NCBI GenBank assembly: GCA_951406725.2
Contig: OX597814.1
Location: 72,974,001-73,038,000 of the forward strand
DNA: 64,000 nucleotides
Reading direction: 5' to 3'
Origin: Octopus vulgaris
Lineage: Eukaryota
The notes beneath the pieces are model-generated. The model ran no database searches. It was not told where the DNA came from and saw only the letters and a list, made by a program, of their open reading frames with translations. The position numbers were made by a program, and so were the translations under genes. Of this stretch, positions 26,701-39,578 are shown piece by piece. Numbering within the stretch: position 1 is the first letter of the stretch; each line of letters opens with the position of its first letter.

Positions 26701-29516
26701 TAGGTATAGTAAGACTCTAGCTATTGAACGTAGGAAGAGAGAGCGGGATTTAGTTAAGAAACTAGATGAGGCTCTTGACACTGGCATCGCGACCGACGTG
26801 TTGGCGGCAAGGTTGGCCCTCGACCAACACTTCGACGCCAAACATGAAGGCTGTGTTGTCAGAGCTAAGGCACGTTCGCTAAGCGGGGAGGGGACTAGAG
26901 CCGCTCGATGGGCCCGCGTGGCGGAGGCGAAGCGAGGCAACAAAGCAACCATTCGGTCTTTGGTGGACCAGAACGGGCGCGAGGTTACCGAACCGAAGCA
27001 GATGTGTACGGTGCTTCAGCGGCACTTTGCTCAACTGTTTGGAACGAGCGGTGGAACGGACAACGGTGCAGACTTCGGTGTGTACCTGGACGGCCTACCG
27101 CAACTCTCGGACAGCGAGGCAGAGTGCTGCGAAGGACCGATATCTGCCTGGGAAGTGGGAGAAACGATGAAGAGTTGCACGAGAGGTAGATCGCCAGGTT
27201 TGGATGGTCTGCCCTACGAGCTTTACTTTTCAATGCCAGACTTGTTTGCGGGCCTGTTGGCAAACGTCTACTGCAACTGGCAGCAAAACGGGAGAATTCC
27301 TGCTTTTGTCTGTCAAGGGGTGGTGGCTTTGCTGAAGAAGGACCCAAACAAGGGGGACATTATAGGGAATTTCCGGCCCATCACTCTGCTCAATGCAGAG
27401 TTGAAGATTTTGGCCAAGGTGCTAGAGATTGGCGCTTGTCATGGACAAGCTGGTCGGCAAGACGCAGACATGCGCCGTGCCGACCAGGTCGATACACGAC
27501 AACCTCCATCTCATGCGCTACATCATAGAAAGGGTGGGTAACGACACTGGCGCGGGTGGGGCTTTGATCAACTTGGATCAGAGTAAAGCCTTCGATAGGG
27601 TCGACCATCGGTACCTGGCAGCTGTCCTCAAGGCAGCCGGCTTCGGTCCAGTGTTCCGCGGGTGGATAGCTGCTTTATACAGCAACATCTGCTCGGTGAT
27701 AAGGGTGAACGGTCACCTTTCGGAACCGTTCGACATCTCGCGTTCGGTCCGCCAAGGATGCCCTCTCTCCTCCCTCTTGTACATTTTGACTCTCGAGCCA
27801 TTACTGCGCAAGTTGGAGGCTTTGAGGGGTATCCCGCGCGATCTAGGAGGTGGAAACAGCGTGTCTGCTTATGCCGACGACGTCACCGTGGTGGTGTCGA
27901 GCCACAGGCACATTGGCCTGATTGGTGAGACACTAAACCAGTACGAAGCGGTGACAGGGGCAAAGATTAACGCGGAAAAGTCTGTGGGCTTGCAACTGGG
28001 CACCTGGAGAGGCAAGCCCATGCTGTCCAACAGCGTCGTAGGGCGCTGAACAGACGGACCCGTTAAACTGCTCGGGGTCTGGTTCGGTCCGGACCTCCAG
28101 GTGGATAAAAACTGGGAAGAGGTGACAAGCAGGGTGGCACGTCTCACCCAGAAATGGGCCGAGAGGAAGCTGTCCCTGAAAGGTCGAGTGGAGGTGGCGA
28201 ATGCGTACATCGCATCCGTCATCTATTACCGCTTGACCGTCGTCCCTTGTCCTGACCGCTGGTTGGCCAAGCTGGTACGCCTGCTCTTCGACTTTTTGCG
28301 GAAGGGTCAGGTGCCACTGGTCAGGTGATCCATCTGCTGTCGACGACCGCTGAACGGAGGCCTTGGAATGCCGTGGTTGCTGATGTGCAGATATGCGCTC
28401 AGGCTGCGGCATCTCAAGCGCTTCCTTGACGGTGAACAGGTGTTGTCGTCTTTTGTCAGACACGATTTTCCGCAGCTCGTCTCTTTGACGGAGCTGCAGA
28501 CCTGGATCAAACGTAGACTGAGAAAGGGCGCTTGACACCTCGAGTGCCATCAAGCCCTCTCCGCCCTCCGGCAGGCGGGCAATGCGATCGGTTACAGCTC
28601 CACTCTAGCGTTCTATAGAGGGTTAGTGGAGGAAAAATGCGACGACGTTCTCGGGGAAACTCTAGGCATTGAAGATGACGAACTGTGCGGTCTGTTCGGG
28701 AGGACTTTCGGGCCGGGGCCGATGGATAATTTCCAGAGGTCGCTCGCCTGGCAGTGCTACCGAGGGGCTCTGCCTGTTCGGGATAAACTCTACCGGCATG
28801 GTAGTGCCGTCAGCCGGGCCTGCCCGAGGTGTTGCCAGGACAATAAAACCGTCCTGCACGCACTCGTCCAGTGCCCAAGTATTGCTGAAATATGGGTTTA
28901 TGTCAAACAGCTACTGTCATGTGTAGGACGGATCCGACTATCGGCTGAATCCATAGTGAAGATTGCCCCGCCGACCTCCTTTAACAAGGAGGGTGAGGCC
29001 GTTTTCTTGTGCCTAGTGGCTGTGGCGAAAGAGGTGGTGTGGTGGACTCGTTTGAAAGGGCTAAAGTCAGACACTTTCCTCTTTGGTCATTGCCTCATCA
29101 ACTTTTTCAAGTTTCACTTGAAAAGGAAGATGAGGTTAGAGAGGAGAGTGCTGTCCGATAGCAAGTTTTATGAAAGGTGGGTGAATTGTGCGAGACTGGC
29201 CAGTATAAATGGACCAGTTCTCAGGTTTCGCCTGTGATTCAAAAAGGTAATATAAAAGGAGAAAAAAGGGACTCTCTACCCCCCTTTTTTTTTACCAGGC
29301 TCCCGTTGGCTTTTATAGGGTTTTTTCCACCAGGAACCTTTCGTAACGCCTCCCCCTTTTGGGAGTTTTCCGTTGTTATATAATTATTGTTATACAGTTG
29401 TTTACACGGATTTTTTTTAAAAAACGGACAAAACCCTTTGTAACCTTTCGTCCTGTTTTGTCCCTTTATGTTTTCAAATCATGTGTGTCAGCCCTTGTGG
29501 CCAATAAAAAGAATAA

Positions 29517-29517
<1 letters not shown>
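23730..29517 (+). mobile_element. Full-length Tx1/L1-clade LINE, copy 2 (head-to-tail with copy 1)
   Basis: Same 5' start CAACGCGGATGGACGTGTCTCCGGAAG. ORF1 from ~23949 is frameshifted near 24845. The ORF2 start ATG is mutated to ATA, the frameshift at ~27425 is shared with copy 1, and there are several nonsense codons (e.g. 28047, 28326). Followed by (ATT)n. Confidence 0.93.
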
Positions 29518-29551
<34 letters not shown>

Positions 29552-29579
29552 CATTATTATTATTATTATTACTATTATT

Positions 29580-29612
<33 letters not shown>
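29518..29612. repeat. (ATT)n microsatellite
   Basis: Directly visible. Confidence 0.99.
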
Positions 29613-29619
<7 letters not shown>

Positions 29620-29788
29620 CAGTTCATATCTGCATTTGGAAATATTTTTTCCAGTTTCTATGTTGATATACTTCACTAAAGGATATGCTCAACTGGTTAT
29701 GGTCAAACAACTGACAAGCAAATTTGTGGTATTGAGCAGAATATTTGCTGTAGCTCATCTTTTATACCAAGACAAAACAATTTATTAA

Positions 29789-29820
<32 letters not shown>

Positions 29821-30571
29821 GTGAAAAGCTGTATTAGTGGAACACTGGATAATTATATTACTTGAAGTCCAGAATTCACTCTCACCAGAGTTAGCTTTAT
29901 TTAACTGTCTATTCTCTCAATATATTATTGTGATAGTAATTAAAGAATGTCTGAAAAAGATTCTTACTAGTGTAAATAAATTATAGTTAAAATATTGAGG
30001 TAAAAAAAAGAAAATTCATTGATATTTTATTAAAGAACAATTTCATTATCTGTATCAATGACATTCACATTCTTTACCATATTTTCAATATTAGGTAGAA
30101 TTTGAGATGTCACTACTCTAAGGTTATACTGCAAATGCTCATTAGTGAGTCTTGACTTAATTTTTGACTTAGAAAGAGAGTGATGCTTTAAAATAGAGAA
30201 AGCATAGAGAGAGAAGGAAGGAGGGATGATGAAATTAAATGCAAAATTGAAGCGCAAGTTTAAGAGGTGTGAGACGATAAGGTTAATAATTGGAAAATTT
30301 GAGAAAAATTTTTTGCTTGTAAAAATTAGTAACCTAGAAACTCATTGAGGGCCAGACAACAACATGTTGAGGGCCGCATGCAGCCTGCAGGCCTCAGGTT
30401 GCCCATGTATGTCATAGATCTTTCTGATGTTTTTTATAAATGTAAAGCTGATTGAACCACAAGTCATTTACTTAACCTATATGGCATATGTTTTTTTCTG
30501 TTTTACTTGCCCCAGCAAAAATTAGTCTGTTTTATACTCTTTGTATTTTTTATATAAATTCTATCCTGCAG

Positions 30572-30642
30572 ATATGTTAGAACAAAAAAGAAATGAATTC
30601 AATGAGAAAATCAAACAGTTTGAAGGAATTCAAAAGAAAGAG
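30572..30642 (+). CDS. LRRC45: LRRC45-like gene, exon C
   Basis: cctgcag|ATATGTTA...AAAGAG|gtatgc; (D)MLEQKRNEFNEKIKQFEGIQKKE; phase 1-0. Confidence 0.78.
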
Positions 30643-32788
30643 GTATGCATCATTGTCGTGATCACTATTACACCACAACCATTATCATCACTGTCATCAC
30701 TTTTCCTCTACATTTCACTCCTTCACTATTCACTCTGACTTAATAACAATTTGTGCTTTTCTTCCTGATGTATTGTGTATCAGTGTCATTATATTTATTA
30801 ATAAGTGAGTCAAAGAAGGAGGAACAGTGCCTTGATATTTGCAGGCTCTAGCGAGATTAATGTGTTTGATGTTGAGTTTGCATACTTGTGGTTTAGTGTG
30901 TGAAAGAGAAAATGGAGAGTAAGAAACTCAAAAGGAAATATCTATGATGAGCAGAAGTAAAATGTCTCAGGATTAAATAGTAGACTAGTAATTCTCAGGT
31001 TGAGTGTTCAAACTCACTGTAGGTAAATTATGTCACTGGATGGTACACTTAATTCTATGTACATCAGTTTACCCAACTCTATGAAATAGGTGCCACATCC
31101 TTCAGGAATGTTACCTACTATAAGTTTATCTTTCACTCATCTCAAACAAATGAAATTAAACATTGACACATGAGGGCCATTTAAGATTTAAAAGACAATA
31201 TTAAGTAGAGATAAATTGTTTTAATGATATACTAGCTGTAGACATCCCACCTCTGCCTATTGCTCTAGATTTCAGTTTCTTGTTCCTATTTTGCTGTTTT
31301 GATCAAAAGTTCATTTTGCTATTTTATTTTATTTTACTCATTTACTCCAAAATAATTTTACGTACAGAAATTCTCTTGAAATTCATGTGTAATATGTGAT
31401 GCATTGGTTGGCCTTATTGGAAATGGTGGGTTTTTGTCACTTTTGCTTATAATCAATACAAGAACATCCTTCTACTGTTATGTTTGTCCAATAACATGTT
31501 TGTTCATGTACTTACATGAAGAAAGCCATTTCATTTCTGTCAAATATTTTTTTATGTAACTGTACAAATTATATTCAAAATATATATTCAAAAAATAGGT
31601 TTTAGTTTTGAACACTGGAAATTTGTATAACACCACTTTTTATATTACCCTGTTGTTTGTCTATTCAATGTCCATTATTGGTGTAATATTAGGATTAGTG
31701 AGGGTCTTGCTGACACATGCACAACTTCTTGTCACTCATATTATGTTGCTGATTCAGTTAGGTACAAATTTGAGGATAGCAATAAGCAAATATGCAAATT
31801 TAGCAAACAGGCAAATAGAATTTACTTCGCAACAGCTGTGTTAGTAAGTTGTAGCAACAGGCATCAAATCGTTTCGTCATGTTTTGTTTGTGATCAACAG
31901 TACATTCTACTGTTCTGTTTTGTTTTGTTTGTCCCATTTGCTCCTCAAGATAATTTTGTGTGCAGAAACTCACTTGAAGTATGTATGCTTTGTTTGAAAT
32001 GCATCAGTTGTACCTGCCATCATGTCCAATGTTGGCATGGATTGCAAAGTATAACATTTGAAATGAAATTATCAGCTCATTCTATTTTTTAATCTACTAA
32101 ATTCATGTCTACTAATTTCATGTGTAATTTGACATGAAGTTAGTAGATTAAAAAATCTGGAAGAAAAATTAGAAAAAAGTAAAAAGTAGATTAAAAAAGC
32201 TGGAAGAAAAGGTTACATCAGGACTCAGTTGGTGCTCATTTTCAACTGAGTAAACAAGAGCAAACATGAAATAAGTGCCTTGCTCAAGGCACTGAGTGAG
32301 GCACTTGCCTGATCAAGGAATCAAACCTACATTCTTATGATTGTGAGCCCAACACAATAACTAGTGGGCCATATGTCTTCAGCCCATAACATAATGTTCT
32401 CAATAATACTCCAATGTATGTGGGTGAGAGTGTTAAACACTAGTATACCATGTCATAAAAATGTTGACAATTTTTGTAACTAAAGACAATGGTGCATCCA
32501 TTCAAAATGACAAGTGAAACCATTGATAAATTTCTTACCAAAAGACTTCAGACAATATATTTAACACTAAAATATTACAGTTTGATCTCAAACAAAAGGC
32601 CAAAACCAATATTAGTGCTGGTTGCCCACCTTGAATGAGGAGTAAGGACAATATATCAACAGTTGCTCTCACAACATCTGGTACTAAGATTTAATAAGAT
32701 ATCTTGTGAATAGAATTTTAAATATTGCAAATATTCATTTTATTTAAACAAAATTAAAATTATAAAAGTTACAATATTTTGTTTTTAG

Positions 32789-32974
32789 CAATTACAACAA
32801 AAAGAATCCTGGGAGAATTTAGAGACCAACCTTCGAAACCAGATCCAGAAATCAGAGCAAAGCCGTCTAGCACTTGAGGAGGATGTTGCTTCTCTGAAGA
32901 CTGCAAATATTGCCTTAAGAGTTAAAGCAGAAGAAGATATAGCTATTCTCAAGGCTGGCATAAAGACTGATAAT
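32789..32974 (+). CDS. LRRC45: LRRC45-like gene, exon D
   Basis: tttttag|CAATTA...GATAAT|gtaagt; QLQQKESWENLETNLRNQIQKSEQSRLALEEDVASLKTANIALRVKAEEDIAILKAGIKTDN; phase 0-0. Confidence 0.82.
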
Positions 32975-34069
32975 GTAAGTGTAGTTACAGACTTTGAAAC
33001 ATGTATGGAATATACAATGACTGACAAAAAAGAATTGATATAGTAAGAGAGGTGAGGGTAAGAGAAAGAAAGGACATGTGTGTTTGGATGTGAGTACATA
33101 TGAACAGGTAGGTTCACTCTCTACAAATTCATTTTAGACTATATTCAAGGAAAAGCTATCTGATTTGCTTGTCAAACTCACCTAGTCTCTTCAGCTGATA
33201 TGAACATTGTATGTGATTCTAACTAAAATATGCTTTTTATTAATTTTCATTTCTATACCTATTTCCCATGCTGACTTAAGTTTTAAAAAATGGTTGCATT
33301 ATTTTCTTTTTCTCTCCCTCTTTCTCTTCCCCTCTCTCTCCTTTCTCTTTCCCTTTTTCTCTCTTTCTCTCTCAATTTTAATGTTATATTCTAAACGATT
33401 GTGTTAGTCATCTTTACTGAAGATAAGCCTGATGATTCACGTATGAGTTAGCATAATTTCCTGTCATATAACCTTTTCTACTCTAGGTACAAGGCCCAAA
33501 ATTTTGGGGGAAGCGGGGAGTCAATTAGATCAAATCCTCTGTGTTTTGTACTGCTATTACTATTTGCTTCACCAAGAGAACCTTTGTATGGTCATTGGAC
33601 CTGATAGAAATAGCAGCTAAATCTCCTTCAAATCACCCCCTAACTCACTGGTTACTATGGTCCTAGGTTCCCTGCACATAGGAAGAAGATAAATGACTGC
33701 AAATGCAATGTTTGACCATAGGCATACTTGCTCAGGGCTAACCTGGGGTTTAATAATAACAACAACAAATGTATTTTCTCCTGCTCTTCCCATCACTTGC
33801 AGTATATCACTCTGCTGCTCTGTCTTAAATACATCAATATGTCTGTGGGAAAATACCTCAAGGAAATATTCTACATACTAACTACACAGTGGTAGTGGTT
33901 GCGACCTTCACAAGATCATTTCACAGTTGGTCTATCTATCCCTGTAATTGCCCAGGATTCTCATTCTTTTTCTTTTCATTTTTTTTTAATATTGTGATAT
34001 CATCACTCCAAATTTATTATCGTCATCATCATCATCATCATCTTTTAACCTTTATTATTTCTGTTTTAG

Positions 34070-34180
34070 GATCTACGTTATGAGCAGCTTCAAAATAAAA
34101 TATTTCTCATTGAAAGTTCCAAGGAAGACTTTAAAAAGCAATGGGAAACTTCACAGCAACAACTGAATGATATGAACAAT
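34070..34180 (+). CDS. LRRC45: LRRC45-like gene, exon E
   Basis: gttttag|GATCTA...AACAAT|gtatgt; DLRYEQLQNKIFLIESSKEDFKKQWETSQQQLNDMNN; phase 0-0. Confidence 0.8.
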
Positions 34181-34837
34181 GTATGTGATTCTAACTAAAA
34201 TATACTTTTTATTAATTTTCATTTCTATACCTAATTCCCATGCTGACATAAGTTTTAAAAAATGGTTGCATTATTTTCTTTTTCTCTCCCTCTTTCTCTT
34301 CCCTTTCTGATCTCCTTTCTGTTTCCCTTTTTCTCTCTTTCTCTCTCAATTTTAGTGTTACATTCTAAAGAGAATTTAAAATGGTTAAAAGAGAAATCAA
34401 TCTCTGTTGCTCAATGAATTTTCTCCATGTTATTTTCATATCTCTTCCTATGATGGAATATGTTAAGTAGTTCTACTTCTTTTTGTTGGTACTCATTCTC
34501 CAATCAGCCTCTTCCTTTCTGAAAATCTTTTATAGTTTGCTGTGGATTATAAGGACACTATAGCTTTCTAAGAAATTAAATATCTGAGTAATCTGGGATT
34601 TTGATTTACATCAGTACAGTAATCAAGCATTCTATTCATGAGCAAAAATACAAAATAAATAAAGTACAATAAAACATAAAAAGCAACAGCACAAAGTCTT
34701 GCAAGGTATGACAATGTTTACTGTGACAATCTTCATGTAACACCTCCATTACATGTGGCACAATTCTGTTAGTCATCTTTACTGAAGATAAGCTTGATGA
34801 TTCAAGTATGAGTTAGCATAATTTCCTGTCATATAGC

Positions 34838-34992
34838 CTTTTCTACTCTAGGTACAAGGCCCGAAATTTTGGGGGAAGGTGGGGAAGTCGATTAGATCAA
34901 CTTCAGTATGGAACTAGTACTTAATTTATTGATCCTGAAAGGATGAAAAGCAAAGTCAACCTTGGTGAAATTTGAACTCAGAACATAAGCAC
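34838..34992 (+). mobile_element. Short interspersed repeat (SINE-like); related copies at ~33472-33535 and ~37680-37880
   Basis: Shared ACAAGGCC..AATTTTGGGG...GTC.ATTA.ATCAA. The ~37680 copy also shares the downstream GA.C...AAAG.ATGAAA.GCAAAGT. Confidence 0.6.
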
Positions 34993-35063
34993 AGACAGCA
35001 GCGGCAGCAGCAGCAGCAGCAGTAGCAGTAGTAGTAGTACTAGTAGTAGTAGTAGTAGTAGTG

Positions 35064-35273
35064 TTTAAACTAGCCATATCCGGACAAAATATTCTACCTG
35101 TTTTATGTTCAAACTGACCAGATCTAGCCTCTCACAGCTATCCTACAATATCAATCTGAAAATAAATTACTCCTTCATCAAAATCTTGAAACTATGGAAT
35201 AATGCATAATTAATTCAAAGCAATGTGAATAAATAAGCATTACATCTAACAGAATAATCCGAATGCTAAAGGG
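35064..35273 (+). mobile_element. piggyBac-like MITE, one end missing
   Basis: Same family as 62741-62978; ends AATGCTAAAGGG|TTAA. Confidence 0.7.
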
Positions 35274-35375
35274 TTAAATAAGAAGTGTCTATTGGTGATT
35301 GGGCCTGTCAACATTGGTACCTGCAGTTATGATAGCCTTTTCCCTTTGGCAGTAACAACATAACTGATATTTGCT

Positions 35376-35453
<78 letters not shown>

Positions 35454-35483
35454 ATATATATGTATATATATATATATGTATAT

Positions 35484-35515
<32 letters not shown>

Positions 35516-35535
35516 GTATATATATATGTATATAT

Positions 35536-35578
<43 letters not shown>

Positions 35579-35920
35579 AAGGTGTAATCAAAACATTGGC
35601 CTCAAACTCAGTTTGTTAGGAATTTATCCTCTAATGTAGTTTCTGCTGGAAAAAAATATACAATTTTTATGTAAATTCTGCTGTTTGACAAGAAATTTAA
35701 TTTCCTTACAAGAAATAAGATGTTTACAGTTTGAAAATTTACTTTATTTTTAATTGAAGCAGGTAGCTTTTATTACATTATTTCTAATTGCAAACTTTTT
35801 CTATATCTTTGTCTAATTACCACTTTCCATTGATTTATATACATAGTTATTTGTAATTTGATAAAATACAAAGATTGACTGAAAAGTTCATAGGTTGACC
35901 AAGATACCCTCATGCAATGT

Positions 35921-35967
<47 letters not shown>

Positions 35968-36031
35968 TTTTGAGTAAGTGGATTAACAAACAAAAATTTA
36001 TGAGTTCAAACACTGATGCAAACATCATGTA

Positions 36032-37295
36032 CAGGGTGCGATGGGTTATTTGTTGCAATTATCTATTTTTAATGTCATGCATTGTTTGTTTTTGATTTTG
36101 TTGACTACACAGTATAGTTGGATCAGTTGTGAGAAAACCAGCACCATAACACAATTCACTCTGTCAGAAATTTGGAAACAATATGCTGTATTGCTTGGCA
36201 TTCACATTAGAAGCTCCAATATGAACATTTCAGAGTGTTGAGTGTCAATCTGAGGATAGTGCAGAGGTTTTGGAAAGAGTTGAATGAGTCTAATAGTGAT
36301 TACAAAGGTACAACAGCTTGGAAAACTCACTCTGAGAACTGAATTTGTTGGTCAGATCCAGGCCATGATTGACAACGATCCCTCCAAAACAAATCAGGTT
36401 CATCACCAGGGAAGTGGGCGTGTCTGAGTTTCTTATCAGGCAGGTAGTGCATGATGACATTTGGCATTCCTCATACAAAATGATAAAGGGCCAATTTTTA
36501 TCCCAAGCCATCAAGGACAAGAGGAGAGACCGTGCCAAGAAGCTTTTGAAGAAACTCAAGTATCCCCTCCAACCAAACATGCTTTGGTTTTTCTCAGATG
36601 AGAAAAATTTCTGCCAGGATCAGATGGTGAACGTACAGAATAGCCATTGGCTTGCCGTGTCCCCAAGACATGTACCAAGAGTGATAAAAATCAAACATCC
36701 AGTCAACATCATGGTATTTGGAATGATTACTAGTGATGATGATGTTATGCCTCCATTCGTCTTCCTACACAACCTCAGACTCAACATAGAAGCCTACATC
36801 AAGTGCCTATAGGAGGTAATGCTGCCCTGGGTCAAGAGGAAGGCTGCTGGAAGACCCTAGCAACATGACTCTACACCATGCCACATAAGCAGGTGAATGC
36901 AGTCATGGCTGTCAGGCAATCTCTGCTACCATATCACCCCTAACATCTGGCCACCTAACTTTCCAGACTGCAACTCCCTTGATTATTATGTGTGGAGTGC
37001 AGTTGAGTAAGAGACCAACAAAACTCCTTGCAACACCAAAAAGATGAACTGAAGGCAAGGATAATGGCAGCATTCACCAACTTTATACAAGAAGACCATC
37101 CAGAAGAGTTGCAGGAGATTCCAAAGTTGTCTGGAGGCCATAGTTGAAGCCAATGGCAATTTTATTGAATAAATTTACTCTTTAGTATTTCAAGATATTT
37201 TTGTGCAATTTTGGTAAATATATCTGTTAAAATAAGATGTCAGTGTTATTTTCATTTTTGCGTAATTTAGATGACAATTTATTCACCGCACCCTG
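36032..37295 (+). mobile_element. Tc1/mariner (maT/DD37D-like) transposon, degenerate
   Basis: TA|CAGGGTGCG...CGCACCCTG|TA termini. Relics include WFFSDEKNFCQDQ, IMVFGMI, QHDSTPCH and WPPNFPDCNSLDYYVW. Confidence 0.9.
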
Positions 37296-39281
37296 TATTC
37301 TCCTTGACTTATTGGAAATTAATTTAACTTTATGTTTTCTGGTTAATATCAAAGAATGTTACACTACTATGTTTTCTAAAAAAAAATGACATTTTCTGAG
37401 ATAAAATAGACTGAAATCTATGTCTTTCATCACTGGACACCAAGAGTATTTGTTCCATTTTGCAAAATAAAATAGAAAAATGGAATGAGATTATGTAATG
37501 CTCATGAGTACATTAGTGATATAAGTAAACCGAAATGAAATATTGTGTACTTAAACTCTGCATGAGCTTAATTCTTGCATGACTGATCAAAGTACAATGT
37601 AATGAAATATTTTGAAATTGAATTTTAGTTGGTTTTTTTCAGTTCTTACAGCATTGCTTTTCACTTATTTAATAACGATTTCTAATTTTGACACAAGGCC
37701 AGCAATTTTGGGGGAGGAGATAAGTCAATTACATCAACTAGGGTTGATGTAATCAACTTACAGTGTTTTATTGACCCTAAAAGAATGAAAGGCAAAGTTG
37801 ACCTCAGCAAAATTTCAACTCAGAACATAAAGACGAATGAAATGCCATTAAGCATTTTGCCCAACATGCTAATGATTCTGCCAGTTTTCCACACTCTTTA
37901 TTATAATTCTTTAGCAGTATTTAGCAGTATTTTAGCAGTATTTAATGGTAAAGTTAAGAAATCTAATCGTTCCATTCTGTTTACTCTTCCGTCTCTTCAT
38001 GTTTTGTCTTCAACCAGCCCTAATTCTGGACTCTCTCTTTCTCGGTTTTGTTATCCACTTGCTTTCCTATGTCAGCTGTTGGTTAGTAGCTTGCTTTGTC
38101 TGTGGTTAAGCCACATTGACTTCTTCTAGGGAATAGGGCAGCTTCAATGCTCTACCATTTGGCTAACATGAGGATATTACTTCCTCTTCCCCCACCCCAC
38201 CCTCTCATAAATTCGCTCCATTCAGATTCCCTACCTGATACTTACAACCTTGCCTCAAAGAGTGAAAGTTATAAAAAGAAAATGTTCAGATAAGCAACTC
38301 TTGTTTCCAAGCTAGTACACATCTAAACCTCATTTTACAGCACAAATTATACTTACTGTTATCAAAAATATGAATATGCTAACTTGTTGCTTTTGTACAT
38401 CCATACCTGTGGTATGTGTCACACTTACCTCAAAGGAAGAAGTAATTGGCAAAGCAAGAGAGAGGAGGACAGAGAGGAAGTGAGAGAGAAAGAGAGAGTG
38501 AGAGAGACAGTGAGTGGTGACGGTGTTCATTTTGTGTTTTTAAATGTTTATCACATCACAAGAAAAGTTGATACATAGATACATGATGTCACTTTCCACA
38601 GACATTAATGTAGGTCTCAGGGAGATTCAGCTTCACATGGAATATGACAATGCTGGCCCCTTTGAATTACAGCTACAACTCATTTTTGCCAGCTGAGTGG
38701 ACTGCAGCAAGGTGAAGTAGAGTACATTGCTCAAGAACACAGCACACTGCAGGGAATCGTACTCATGACTTTACAATCATGGGCTGAATACCCCTAACCA
38801 CTCAGCCACACATCTTCACTCTCTTAACTGTAGAGAAAAGGAGTGAAACAATAGAGAGAGAGAAAGGAAAGCATCAGTCCTTTTCTAGCTTCTTTACTTT
38901 TAACAATGAAGAAGACGGAAGACATTTAGTAATGAATGGAGGGAAAATCTTTCAGGTTTTTACATTTTTATTCTGGGAGTTCTAGAATGATTGAGTGTTA
39001 GTTCTCTCTTCTTTCCCCTGTCCCTGGTACTTATTCACCTTCTTTCATAGTTCTCCATGTCTTTTAGTGGCGGAGAAAGACTATGTTTTTTTAGGCACGT
39101 TTAACGTTTTCTCTACAAACTACAAACACGCCTGCCTCCCTTGTTTTTTGTCATACAAAAACTAATGCAAATTTTGAACAGGGTGTAACTGAGAAAAGAG
39201 CCCAGAAAAATGGGTAATACTCCATACAAAATGGGTAGGGGAGAAAAGTTGCCAACACGAAATTCACCTCTATACTTTAAA

Positions 39282-39578
39282 GAGTGTCTTCTACTATAGC
39301 CTTGGGCCGACCAAAGCCTCGTGAGTGAATTTGGTAGATGGAAACTGAAAGAAGCTCTTCATGTGTTTGTGTCTGTGTTTGTTGCACCACCACCATTGCT
39401 TGATAACCGATGTTGGTGTGTTTGCATCCCCATAACGTAGCTCTTCAGTAGAAGAGTCTGATAGAATAAGCACCAGGCTTACAGGGAATAAGTCTAGGGG
39501 TCAATTTCTTCAACTAAAGGGTGGTGCTCCAGCATGGCCCTCGTCAAATGACTGAAACAAGTAAAAGAATAAAAGAAT
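39282..39578 (+). mobile_element. SINE (CR1-type tail); further minus-strand copies at ~55060-55260 and ~61505-61845
   Basis: GTGTCTTCTACTATAGCC.TGGGCCGACCAAAGCC...GGTGCTCCAGCATGGCC...AAATGACTGAAACAAG; matching segments recur at the other two sites. Confidence 0.75.

Noticed and set aside
17660-29788. Antisense and alternate-frame ORFs over the LINEs, and poly-Y/I/L ORFs
   Set aside because: Shadows of GC-rich LINE coding sequence or of (ATT)n repeats.
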